A DNA stretch of 64,000 bases from contig OZ287750.1 of assembly GCA_965649765.1 (NCBI GenBank), positions 87,854,001 through 87,918,000 of the forward strand, in the 5' to 3' direction. The notes below the pieces were generated by a model. It was not told where the DNA came from. It saw nothing but the letters and a program-made list of their open reading frames with translations, and ran no database searches. A program made the translations under genes and the position numbers. Source of the stretch: Bispira polyomma. Its lineage: Eukaryota. Below, piece after piece: positions 1 to 13,029 of the stretch (within the stretch, counting starts at the first letter, position 1; every line of letters begins with the position of its first letter).

Positions 1-148
1 TATCATTAATTACAACATTATTGCATGATTTTGCCACATATTTTCCAATTTTTTATTGCAGCTTCTGTTGACTAATTAAGAAGGACAGCAATTAATAAGA
101 CTTTTATAGGAAGCTTTGTCTCTTTTATTTAACTTCAGTATATTTAGT

Positions 149-372
149 TGGGTTTTATGTAGCTTTCACCAGCTTAGTATATAATCATGACGGCCAGGTT
201 TAATGGTCGAAGAAAACAGGGCTGAAGATCACTGTAAGCCACTGACTTATGGCAAGTACCTGCGAAACTTTCCCACGCGAAGGAACAAACATGATTTAAA
301 CCCACATTGGTGACAGGCCAGTGATAGTGAAGTAGATGCTTCTTCACCACTAGGCCACCACAACTCCTCAGC
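149..372 (-). mobile_element. tRNA-derived SINE (V-SINE-like), decayed
   Basis: Reverse complement gives gtggcctagtgg...gtgggaaagtttcgcaggtacttgcc...ctggccgtcatg, shared with copies at ~4670-4857(+), 31930-32250(-) and 40225-40390(-). Confidence 0.6.
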
Positions 373-677
373 TTTAGTGTATTTGTAAGCTTGCTCTGTG
401 TATAATTATTGTAAATATGGATTCAAAAAGTCTGCATAAGTTATACAATTTAGCTGAAATATACATATATCCAATATGTCAAACACTTTTTGACAAACTA
501 TTGTCTCTTTTGTATGAACTAAGTAATTGTCTCAAGTCATGGTGAAAATGTAATGTTTTTGATTTTGTTAAGCTTAAAACTCATTGCAGTTCAAATACCA
601 ATATCATGAATGTGTAAAATATAAAAAACCCTTATACTTAAGTAACATTTTTTTAAATCACTGTAATTAAGTTACTG

Positions 678-1346
678 GGGCGCTATTTACAAAAGGTGTT
701 AGTCTTAAAGTTAAGAATAATAAAAGCATTTTAGAAGAGATTGGGTATTTCGAAAAAAAAGTAATCCACTTTGCAGCCTTTCTGATGAACAACTTCCTGT
801 CAAGTATCGATTCATCTTTTGTTTACATCACATGATACAAGTTCTCACGTAAGTAGAGTGAGAGAACCATATATACTGAAGTTAAATAAAAGAGAAAAAT
901 CATTCTTAGTTGCAGCACCTGCTGAATGGAATAGCCTCCCTATCAGTCTTCTGACTGAGACAGACATCATGGGTTTCAGAAAAAGACTCAAAACACGTCT
1001 GTATCAGCTCTCTTTCCCACCCTAGCATGCATCTGATGGTTGATTGAATCTGTGATCACAAACCTTTTTCCATCTACCGGACTATACTCTTACTCACTTA
1101 CTAGGATATGCGCCACAGAGGATGCCTGGTCATCGATTGTGGCGCTATAGAAGCAAAAATATTAACATTAACCACACTCCTTATGCCTTATCTCATAAGA
1201 TTATTTTTTTAATATTAATTTAAGACTAGACAAATGTCTTACCTAAGACTAGCTTTGTGAATACCAATTTAAGACAAATCTTAGCTAAGACCAAAATAGT
1301 AAAGTTAAGACTAAGTTGAAACTATGACCTTTTGTGAATATAGCCC
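678..1346. mobile_element. PIF/Harbinger-like MITE with nested L2 fragment
   Basis: Imperfect TIRs gggcgctatttacaaaaggt / accttttgtgaatatagccc with CTG/CAG flanks; related copy at ~52385-52603. Confidence 0.55.
893..1172 (+). mobile_element. L2/CR1-group LINE 3' end (family A)
   Basis: SFLVAAPAEWNSLP...FRKRLKTRLY (L2 ORF2 C-terminus), 3' stem-loop gcgccac..gtggcgc and cattaa-repeat tail; closely similar to 8080-8363. Confidence 0.85.
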
Positions 1347-2518
1347 CAGGATGCTGAACTTTTTGTTGACAAACCTTGTCCATGCTTCTCATATTATGAA
1401 TTTTGTCTATGATTAGGATGTTATGACGGTTTGAGTTCTGCCAGAGGACAAGAGTAAAGCATCTGAACAGGACAAGATTATATTAGATAATGCCACAATA
1501 ACTTTTTAAAAATGAAGGGACCAAATTTTGTCCCAAAATTTTTAAAAATACAACTGGCACTGGACACTTAATTAAGCCTAGTCTTCCATCTAGACGATAC
1601 TGATTTAAATATGTTTTTGCGTATCGCATTTAATTGGAATCTCGTTCTTAACAAAAATAAATATTACACAAAAACACCTCAAAGATTGGTCAAAATGTGA
1701 AGCTTTTGCCGGCCTGATCTGATCTCATCTGACACATGGAATTGGCTACGCTGTAAGTATTAGGACAGAAAAAAATAGCTGGTATCGGCTGATGTATATC
1801 CGATGTCTGGAAGCATAAGGCTAAGTCTTCTAATAAATGGTTTTATTAACCATTTAATTTGTCTCCAATATTCCCATTGCTCAGTATAATGTCATTGCAT
1901 GACAATGATCATCTTAGTGAATGTACTATTATTCTTCACTGTGTCAAGTTAATGGTACATTGCTCTTTTTCCATACAATAACCTAATTAACAGTGACCTT
2001 TATGTATAGGTTGGGGTCCAAATTAGCAGTTGAAGAAAGCAATAAAGTGGCATGTACATTCTTTTACGAATAGTAATCATAAATGAGGAAATTATTGTCA
2101 ATTTAAAGTAAATTTCCCAAAAAACTGTCTTTGGTTGTTTTTGTCTAAAAAAATATCGTTAGATTAATAATATACTTAAGTCACAAGGCCACATTCTTTT
2201 ACAAACAGAGTCAAATTTTACAAGATTAATTTAATTTAGATATTTTCAAAACGTATTATTAAATAAATTGTGAAATATAATTAAGTTATTGATAATAACA
2301 TATTATTTGAATATACTTTTAAAATTACTATTGAAAAACGATAGCGAAAACGAATAACTTCTTTGCGACTGCTTAAATAACTGCAAAATACCCCCCCCTC
2401 CCCTCCACCACCCACCCTACACTTAATTACGCCTACACACACTTCCTTGACGCCATTATGTTTCTGTGTGTCCCATTTCACACAGTAAAGTGTATTTCAT
2501 AGTAGGGGGAACACGTTC

Positions 2519-2627
2519 ATTGGTTAAAGCCCAGCTATCACGTGACCAAAGAACATTTTTAGGGGAAAACCACACATGCACACTCGGCTAGGCAGTGCAG
2601 TTTTGGGACTAAAGCAGAGCTAACATT
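2519..2627 (+). promoter_or_regulatory. Putative promoter and short non-coding first exon of the channel gene
   Basis: Reverse CCAAT (attgg 2519-2523), palindromic E-box TCACGTGA (2538-2545), consensus donor gtaagt at 2628, acceptor AG at 2854-2855 just before the ATG. Confidence 0.4.
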
Positions 2628-2870
2628 GTAAGTTTGCTATTTGTGAGAATAGTAACAATGAATCTCTATGTTACAATGAATGAAATACCACAATTTCCGT
2701 TAAGTTTTGTTTGAAAAAGGCACTTTTGAATAGGGGATCCAAGTCATAATAATTTGTGTGTTACTAGAGTTAGGATTGTTTGTTATCATTTCAATTGGAC
2801 ATTGTTTGAATAAGGTTCTCGATATAAAAATCATATTGTTTTTTTTTGTGACTAGTTTGGATAATTTACA

Positions 2871-3070
2871 ATGGGAATCCCTGATCCAGAATCTCGAGAC
2901 ACCCCTAATCCGCCTAGTTATAATGAGATCTATAACATATCCGCTGAGGGACTCCGCCAAGGTGGAGGAGGCAATAGTGATGGGGGGGAGTCTGGCCCGA
3001 GTTGTTCATATAGTACAGATAAGTTTAATGACTTAGAAGCAATAGATGGAGAAACAGAAAAGAAAGAAAG
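2871..3070 (+). CDS. DEG/ENaC coding exon 1 (cytoplasmic N-terminus with PPSY)
   Basis: ATG at 2871 follows a pyrimidine-rich acceptor (AG 2854-2855). Donor AG|gtaact at 3071, phase 2, matches the next exon. Confidence 0.7.
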
Positions 3071-6000
3071 GTAACTAAAAAAAATCCAGGATCTCATTTA
3101 AATAATTACCTTGAAAATGTGTGTAATCTTTGGTTCAAATGTATTAGTTGGGAGTGTAACAATATATGGAAAACTTAATATATCCCAATATGTAATTTAT
3201 TCTATACAATATATTGTAATACAAAATTGGAAATATTGTACATATTAAGTACATCATTTAGAGTAAAATATTAGAATATCGCTCACTTAATGGTATTCTA
3301 CAAGTAAAATGTGAGAGTATACAGAATGTGTGTCAGCAACATAATCAAAAATAAAACAATGGTCAATAGATACAGTCTTCACTAAATAAATAAATTAAAT
3401 ATTACTACCATTTTTTTAATCATTTTTGCAGTTGATAATCTTCTTCTGAGAATACTACGTTTCCTATGTCTAATGTGCATGGGCAGAAACTCCCTTGATT
3501 TTGAAACTTGCTTCTATTTTTGCATATGGAATATGATCCAATATATATTACAATACATATTGTCAATATGACTGGAATATATATCACAATATATCGCAAT
3601 ACGATTTTCAGGCATAATATACCCCATAGTTGATGAGTTGATGTTGTGTTATTTAATTATACCTGGGGGATTTTACCCATTGAAACATTGTACACTTGTA
3701 CTTATTAGTAAAAAACGACCACAAATATATTTGTGTTCACATCTTTAACCCACAGTAACCATCATGTAGCTTCTCTGTTGCAGCACCAACTCTGTGGAAC
3801 AATTTACCAGCGAATATCCAATCCTAGAAAATTCTCTCTGGCTTCAGAGTCAACCTTAAGACCCATCTCTTTATCATCGCTTACCCCCTATAGTAATCTT
3901 TCTTGTCCATGTTTTTTGAGATCCGGATGTTGTTGCCTGTATAATACTCTATGGACCAAAAATTATTTGTGTTATAATGATTATTGTTGTTCTTATTGCA
4001 GAGATTCTGAGCCCAAGAAGAGTTTGAGCAAGGTGTTTTACGAGTTTACACAGAATACATCGCTCCATGGAGCCAGACAGATCACTGAGCCCCAGCCTTT
4101 TATCTTCAGGAGGTGAGTGGAATTTAATGGCAGTTGTAACGTCACTTTCAACTTGGTTTGTGTCATTTCATAACAGACATTTTGTTTGTAGATAAAAAAA
4201 TAGACCAAAGCAGTTAGGTAAGCTTATTTCTGCTCAGCTAACCACTGGCCTTCAGCAATTTTACTGGCAGGGTCAAAAGTTAAACCTATGACTGCATAGT
4301 TGGAAGGCGAATCACTTACCACAACACCAATGCAGCCCTTTTCAGGAGGTTCAGTTCACTCTAATCACAGTTAGAGTATTTAAAAATATATGTAATGTAA
4401 TAGAGTCGATAGCATCTAATGCACTAGCAACAGTCTGGAAGGTGCTTATCCAGGACAATATCCAACAATATTAACAGTCCACGGTGGTTTTTCGCCTGGG
4501 TGGTCGTTTAAACGTAACTCCTTACCTCAAAAAACTAAACTGGCTTTCCATTCATTATAGAATTTTGTTCAAGATTCATGTTACCCCATTTAAGGCTGTT
4601 GTCAATCAACAGCCTTCCTACCTCGCTTTCCAATAACCTGAAGAGAGGTAATATACTCTCTGTTTCTTCTATTACTTGCCTTTTAACAATGTGGGTTTGA
4701 ATTCCTTTTGTTCCTTCATGTGGGAAAGTTTGATCAGGTACTTGTGATAGATTGGAGGTTGACAATGTCTTCAGCACTAGTTTCTGTCACAATTAAATCT
4801 GGCCGTCGTGGTATGATCTGAGCTGTTGAAAGCGACGTAAAATCTCCAATTATAAACTCAAGGGAGTAGTATCTTCTTTTAGTCCAAGTATCTTGTCTAT
4901 GTTATCCATGTTACTTTTGCCCAGTACACTATCTTGTCCCCCTGTCAGGTTACTATGGTTTCTGGTGTTCCTCGGAAGCGGTGTCTTGTTAGTACTGCAG
5001 ATGGGACTCAGTGTGCAGTACTATCTCAGTTGGCCCGTATCTGTAGACCTTAAGATTATCTACAATGATAGCATCCAGTTTCCGGCCATCACGCTTTGTA
5101 ACAAAAACGCATTCAGGTAAGAGCTCCATTATTTAATAATATCATTCGACTGGCAACAAAATAAAACACATATTTTTTTAGCTTATTCTTTATTCGATTG
5201 ATATTAATGGCCCAGTGGTTAGACAGCATTTGTTTTGGTGATAAGAAGGTCCCTGGTTTCACACTTAGTTATGGGGTTGGTCTGGTGATCAAAAGAGGGT
5301 TGGTCAGGTGATGAGAAGGTCCCTGGTAAAACTTCTAGTTAGGGGGTTGTGCTGGTGATGAGAAAGGAGTTGGTCTTGTGATGACAAAGGGGTTGGTCTG
5401 GTGATGAAAAGGTCCCTGGTTACACTCCTAGTTATGGCGGTTGGTCTGGTGATAAGAAGTGAGTTTGGTAATGAAAACGTCAACTAGTTAGGGGGGTTGG
5501 TGTAGTGATTAGAAGGAAGTTGGTCTGGTGATGAGAAAGGGGTTGGTCTGGTGACGAGAAGGGGGTTGGTCTGGTGATAGAAGTGGGTTGGTCTGATGAG
5601 GAAAAGGTCTCTGGTTACACTCCTACTTATGGGGGTTGGTCTGGTGATGAGAAGGGGGCTGGTCTGGTATTAAGAAGGGGGTTGGTCCAGTAATGAGAAG
5701 GGGGTTTGTCTGGTGATGAGAAGGGAGTTTGTCTGGTGATGAGAAAGGGGGGTTGGTCTGGTGATGAAAATGTCTCTGGTTACACTTATAGTTATGGGGG
5801 TTGGTCTGGTGATGAGTAGGGAGTTGGTCTGGTGATTAAAAGGGGGTTGGTCTTGTGATGAAAAGTGAGTTGGTCTGGTGATGAAAAGGGGGTTGGTCTG
5901 GTGATGAGAAGAGGGTTGGTTTGGTGATGAGAAGAGGGTTGGTTTGGTGATGAGTAGCGAGTTGGTCTGGTGATGATAAGGGGGTTGGTTTGGTGATGAG

Positions 6001-9000
6001 TAGGGAATTGGTCTGGTGATGAGAAGGGGGTTGGTCTGGTGATGAGAAGGGAGTTAGTCTGGTGATGAGAAAATAGGTTCCAATAAGCTCGCACAGTAAT
6101 CAAATTTCTTTAATGGATTTTTTAACAGTTTCTGGTATGTCTCCCTCTATTCTTCACTCTACTATTTAAGTTTGTACATTTCAAATGAACAAGCTATAAC
6201 TAGATATCAAGTTTACCTTACACAGCATCAATTAATACTGATGTTAAATTTCCTGTACACATTATTCAAAGAAATTATGTTTTAGTCCATGTATTTTGGT
6301 AAGTTAGTCTGTGTTTTTTTGTCACCATAATTACACAAAATTACTAAAATGATTTACACTAAATTTGGTGGATCGATGCACAATGGAACAACACATTGCA
6401 GATAGGTGTATCCACAGATTATCATTTTCACTTTTTGTTTAAAGTACTGTGCTGCTTATTGGAGGTATGCAATCTAGGGAATGTAGTCAGCAGTGTATCA
6501 AGGTTGTAGCTCCTTATTTCTTTTAATGTGCTTTTAATTTCAGAACAAGCAAAGCCTTTGAGAAAGGCTATTACTTCCTTCTACACGACTTGTACAAAGA
6601 TGCCAAAAGAACGGCCAACTTTTCCCAGTACCAAAACGTCAGTAAAATGCCGCTAACCGACATCTATGGGGGCATAGGGCACACAATAGAGGAGCTTGTT
6701 ATAAGGTGACACGTAATATAGTAAAGACCCTACAATGTGCCACAATTAGTTTTATTTAGTTATTTATTTAAGTTCTTACACATAGTACACTATTTTAAGA
6801 AGAAAGCACAGAAATAGAGAATTGAAATAAATAAGATGAAATACAAGAATACAAATGAAAGGGTTAAATAAGAAATGGGTACAAGTTATAGAACTCCCTA
6901 GAGTACTTCATTACTGGATCAATATTAAGTACATGTACTTCTAAAATAATCAATTGAACACATTATTTCTTCCTTGGTATATTTTATCTTATCAATATGA
7001 TTTAAACTGTCTCTATCTCTGTTTCTTATCAGTTGTAATACAACAGGTATAGAAACCTCAACATGCCTAGAAGAATGAATACTAAGCTTATTTCTAACCA
7101 AGTTCATAGTTCTACAAATAGAGGAATTACTACCATGCAAATCTAGTGATGCACAGACATTTATAATAGTATTGTGACAAGAAATGATACTTTTAAAACA
7201 CTTTAACTATCTTTCAATCAGCTGATCTTCCATACATAAATAACAACTCTGTGCAGGTATGCACCATGTGGCCTCCGACCTAAATTATTTCATTGTCTCA
7301 TGCACTTCGTCCAAGTTACATACAATTAAACCAACATACTTGGCAAATCATCAGGGTCAACGGAGCTAAGTCATCTCCCTTTGATCTCCCATTCAGTGTC
7401 CCTTTCTGCTCCCTCACTCCGAAAAATTATTCCAAGGTCCTGGAACAGTTTTCTAGCTGCTTGTCTTCAATCGAATCTTGGATGAATAATTCAAAATTGA
7501 AACCCAACCTTGACAAAACAGAATTCCTTCTTATTGGCTCCAAACATCAGAGGGAAAAAGTTCTTGACTTCTTTTCTACCATGGTTATAGCACTGTTCCT
7601 GCTGACAGTGCGAAGAACCTTGGAGTTACTTTTGACATTTACTTCTCCTTTAAAAACATGTCTCGAATGTCTGTCGTTCCTGCTACTGCAACATCCGTAA
7701 CTTTTGCAGGTTTTGCCGGCATTTAATCCAAAAAAATAACATTGCAGTGGCAAATGCCCTGGTATCAAGTTGATTAGATTACTATAACTCACTGCTATAT
7801 GGAATTGGACAGGGCCAAATAAACAAGCTACTGAAAATTCAAAATAACCTGTGCAGAATAGGAAGCCATTTTAGCCCTCACACTCACACAACTCCCCTGC
7901 TTAAACAATTATATTGGCTACCTATTGAGTTCTGTATTAAATTTAAGGTAATTGTCCTCATTTTTAAGACAGTCCATGTACATCAACCTGCCTACTTATC
8001 ACCTATGCTGTCTCTCAGCAATCTCACTAGAGGCAATCGTCTCTCTACTTCTGGTGTCCTACCCAAAAAATCAGCTGGATCAAAATCATTCTTAGTTGCA
8101 GCACCTGCTGGATGGAATAACCTCCTTACCAGTCTTCGGACTGAGACAAGGATCACAGGTTTCAGAAAAAAGCTCAAAACACATCTATATCAGCTCGCTG
8201 TCACACCCTAGCATTAATCTGATGGTCACAACTGAATCTCTGATCACAAATCTTTTTCCATCTACAGGACTATGCTTTTCCACACTTACTAGGATATGCG
8301 CCACAGAGGACGCCTGGTCATCGATTGTGGTGCTACAGAAGTAAAAACATCAACATTTACATTCACCATAATGACAACTCCTTCCATTGTACACCGATAG
8401 TCTATCATAGCACTGACCTATTAAACCACACACCATAATGACAACTTCTTCCTTTGTACACCGATAGTCTATCATAGCACTGATCTATTAAACCACACAC
8501 CATAATGACAACTTCTTCCTTTGTACACCGATAGTCTATCACAACACTGACATAATAAACCACACACAATAACGACAACTTCTTCCTTTGTACACCGAAA
8601 GTCTATCACAGCACTGACCTATTAAACCACACACCACAATGACAACTTCTTCCTTTGTACACCGATAGTCTATCACAACACTGACATAATAAACCACACA
8701 CAATAACGACAACTTCTTCCTTTGTACACCGAAAGTCTATCACAGCACTGACCTATTAAACCACACACCATAATGACAACTACTTCTTTTGTACACCGAT
8801 AGTCTATCATAGCACTGACCTATTAAACCACACACCATAATGACAACTACTTTCCTTTGTGCACCGATAGTCTATCATAGCACTGACCTATTAAACCACA
8901 CACCATAATGACAACTTCTTCCTTTGTACACCGATAGTCTATCATAGCACTGATCTATTAAACCACACACCATAATGACAACTTCTTCCTTTGTACACCG

Positions 9001-12000
9001 ATAGTCTATCACAACACTGACATAATAAACCACACACAATAACGACAACTTCTTCCTTTGTACACCGAAAGTCTATCACAGCACTGACCTATTAAACCAC
9101 ACACCACAATGACAACTTCTTCCTTTGTACACCGATAGTCTATCACAACACTGACATAATAAACCACACACAATAACGACAACTTCTTCCTTTGTACACC
9201 GAAAGTCTATCACAGCACTGACCTATTAAACCACACACCATAATGACAACTACTTCTTTTGTACACCGATAGTCTATCATAGCACTGACCTATTAAACCA
9301 CACACCATAATGACAACTACTTTCCTTTGTGCACCGATAGTCTATCATAGCACTGACCTATTAAACCACACACCATAATGACAACTACTTCTTTTGTACA
9401 CCGATAGTCTATCATAGCACTGACCTATTAAACCACACACCATAATGACAACTACTTTCCTTTGTGCACCGATAGTCTGTCATAGCACTGACCTAGTAAA
9501 GCACACCATAACGACAACTCCTCCTGTTATACACATATAGTCTATCATAGCACCGACCCCATGGGCATAAAAATTGATAAAGTGGTTATCTCTTATATCA
9601 CATTGGCCAATTAGATTACCAGCCTTTTAATACAAGACTTTAACATTCATAATTCAAAAAATAGACCCACACCAAGGAAAGGATCTTTTGAACCATCTCT
9701 GTTTGTTTCTCTATTACAATAAGTCCCTCAATGTTAAGTCCTATTTTTGTCTAAATTCTCTTTAGGATGCACAGGTATTAAACACAAGTTAGACTGATGG
9801 TTTTTTTTGTCTTATAGGTTGACATTTTTATTGTAGGTAACCTTTATTTTTAAAGTGTTTTCCTACCAGAGCCCTAATTTTGGTGTTATATTACATCAGG
9901 CTAAAAAAACATAACACAATACAAATATATGACAAAGATATGCAAGCTCACTATTTATATACTATTATGTATAGTAATTAACCTTATATTTTTTTTTTAT
10001 ATTATTATATTTCTCATATTCACCTAATATTAATCTTAAATTTCTCAGTATTTTCAACTTTAAAGTTTTATATTATTGTATTTCCACACTTCTACAGCTG
10101 TGAGTGGGAGGGCAATCCGTGTAACCATGGCGACTTTGTGCAGCAGTTGACTGATTACGGTCAGTGTTACACCTTCAACAGTGGACACAATGGAACACAG
10201 CTTAAGATGGCCTCAACTACAGGTTAATAAGCACAACATACAACCAGCCATTAATAGCATGAGTCACATTTGAGCTGATAGGCCTATACATTGACAGTGA
10301 TCGTAAGCTACCAGTTGATACGGTGTTAACATTTATAGAAGGAGGGGGCACTTACTTTGACTAAGTCAGAGTGCTCAGCCCTCAGTACTGTATGCCGTTA
10401 CACATTTCAATGATTTGCTATAGTAATGTTGACAGAGTTTTTTACTGATGAGGGACAGAGCGGTTACCCTAAACAAAAGCTTACAAATGTGAAATGTCAG
10501 GGGTTTACTATGTTCTATGCACAGAAGAAATATGGAAATATTTTTAAATAATGTTATTTATGTAAATAAGTCCTTATAGCTTGGCCATAAGTTATAACGT
10601 TGTATACATTATAGATTAATTAACACAAACTAAATGGAAAGATAATCCTTTTTGTGCCATACATTTTGCTTATAGTAACGGTTAAGGCTCTGTCGATGGT
10701 GGCTAAAAAGCCACGAAACAGAGGCAGAAAACATACTATAAATGTTACTTGTTAAATGCGTTGTAACAAATAAATTTTAAGAGCTGTGAGTTACATATTT
10801 GTATGAACATTTTATTGTGTCACAGAAATAAAATCTCTATCTATAATGGTTGCAGGTTCTGGTGGTGGGCTGAGATTGCAGCTAAATATAGAACAATATG
10901 AATACATGCGTGGACCAAGTGAGGGGGCGGGGCTTAAGATATTGATCCACAACTATAATGAAATTCCATTGGTTAAAGACCATGGGGTGGCTGTCCCACC
11001 AGGTTCACATGCCTTCATGTCTGTGAAGACAACTGAGGTAAGCATTATGCGACTAAGAACTGATAGGTATTCAAATAAAAGATTTAATCGTTCATTTTCA
11101 AAGCCTTCAATTTTGTTGTATATACTGAACACATTCCCTTATGCAGAAGGATAAAGTAATAGCTTTCACATGTTTGTATTATATTATGATTGCCAGTGGT
11201 CTAGTGGTTGGGGTGTTGATTCTATTCCTGGCATTGAATAATCATCCTCAAGCTAGCGTCGGTGCCCATAGTGGTCTATCTATTGATATTGATGATTTAT
11301 ATCTATGATATATGTGTTTCCTCTGTAACATCCACGAAGAAGGTTGGATCTGAAAAAATTGTCTCCCTGTTGAACTTAGATCACTAGAAAACACATCATG
11401 ATTTAGGAGAATCCTTAACATCTGTCTCTTCAAACTTGCTTCCACACCTTAGTTCCCTCCCTATACGCCTCCACATTATTCCCTATGACCTGGCAGGGGA
11501 GTAGCTAGGATTTTTCATTTGGTACTCCCCAATTTATCCAAAGAGGTTTTGTTTTTGTGCTAACATAAATTTAATTCCTGGTTTTTATTATGTTTTTGTT
11601 GTTTTTTTTTCTGTCATTAAATGGGTACGCCTGGGTGTACTGGTTTCTACACAAGCTACGCCCCCGCCTGGCTTTGTTTTTGGGACTCAGTTGGTTAATT
11701 GATTATTTTGTTGTACCTTGCAATATTGAGGTGCATTCAAAATGCAAAATACAATACAATACATTGTAATAACTATAAGACATACACCAACACATTAAGA
11801 CACAAAATGTTCAACAATTACAGGGGTTGAAAGTGAAAAGGTTATGAAAATTTAATTCCATAGATTTCATTTTGCTTCTACATAATATCATAGCTAAGAG
11901 TACTTTATTTCATCTGCCAATGGATAAAAAAAAAAAAAAAGTTTTAAAAAACATTTCTAGATCCGCCATCCAACCTGGATCTACTGCAAAATCTATACTG

Positions 12001-12994
12001 TTCCACAAAAAATGTCTAATTCTATTTTAACCACCTGTCATTCCATTAAAAGAACTGCTTACCCCCTCCCCCTCTCCCTAAGGTGTTAATATAACACAGG
12101 AACTACAGGTGCCAACTAAACTTAGACAGTCTTCAGTAGTGCATGCTCCATCCCTTCACCAAACTGCATGTACATCAGTTCAATAGTTGAATTGTATTTT
12201 TAAAAAGAAATAATCATTGAGATAACCTCATCCTTTGGAGTGAATTGTGTGTATGTGTGGATGTGCAGATCGGGTTGTAGACACTATGGAGATACTTTGC
12301 TGTTTACAAAAGTATCTCGACAATGATGAATCAATCAGACATAAAGTTGTAACCTTTTCGACACCCAAAAGAACACTATTCCCACTAACTGAAGATTTTT
12401 TAGGGTAATGGTTACAGATAGTTGGAGTCACTCAAATATGCACCACAGAATACTTCCGGCATTTAATAACATCCTCATATATAAGTTTTTTAACAAGTCT
12501 GCTGTATGAAGAATTTTCTAATATAAAGATCATAAGGAAAGATCATAAGGTTATTTTTGGGTTGCTTGTGATCAAATGGCTTAATTGCAACAAACTGTGT
12601 CTAATTTGTGTTATATCAGGTACACAACCTGGAACCCAAACATGGCAAATGCAACGACTCTGTGAGACTAGACTACTTCGAGGAGTACACAGTAACAAAT
12701 TGTGAGGCTACCTGTAAACTGATGTTTGTACTAGAAAAGTGTCACTGCAAGGATGTGTACATGCCAGGTATAATTTAAATTATTTTTATGTCAATTTAAA
12801 CTTGTATAATTGCTTGAGGAAACATGTAGTTGGTCAAGATTTCTGAACTGTATTTTACCAAAAAATTAGGGGTATTTACTTAGAGCAAATGGTTGTTGCT
12901 GGAGTAGAGGGTAGGGGAGATCTTTTTGAAAAGAAGTAGAGAGTGTGGAAACACATATTCCAGGATATTTAAATTAAAATAGAAGAACTGAGAT

Positions 12995-13029
<35 letters not shown>

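Noticed and set aside
5792-6103. 103-aa repetitive ORF (HHQTNPLLITRPT) on -
   Set aside because: It is a translation of the minisatellite, with no splice or coding support.
8364-9557. Regular repeat array resembling CRISPR
   Set aside because: Units are contiguous with no unique spacers, there are no cas genes, and the context is a eukaryotic intron.
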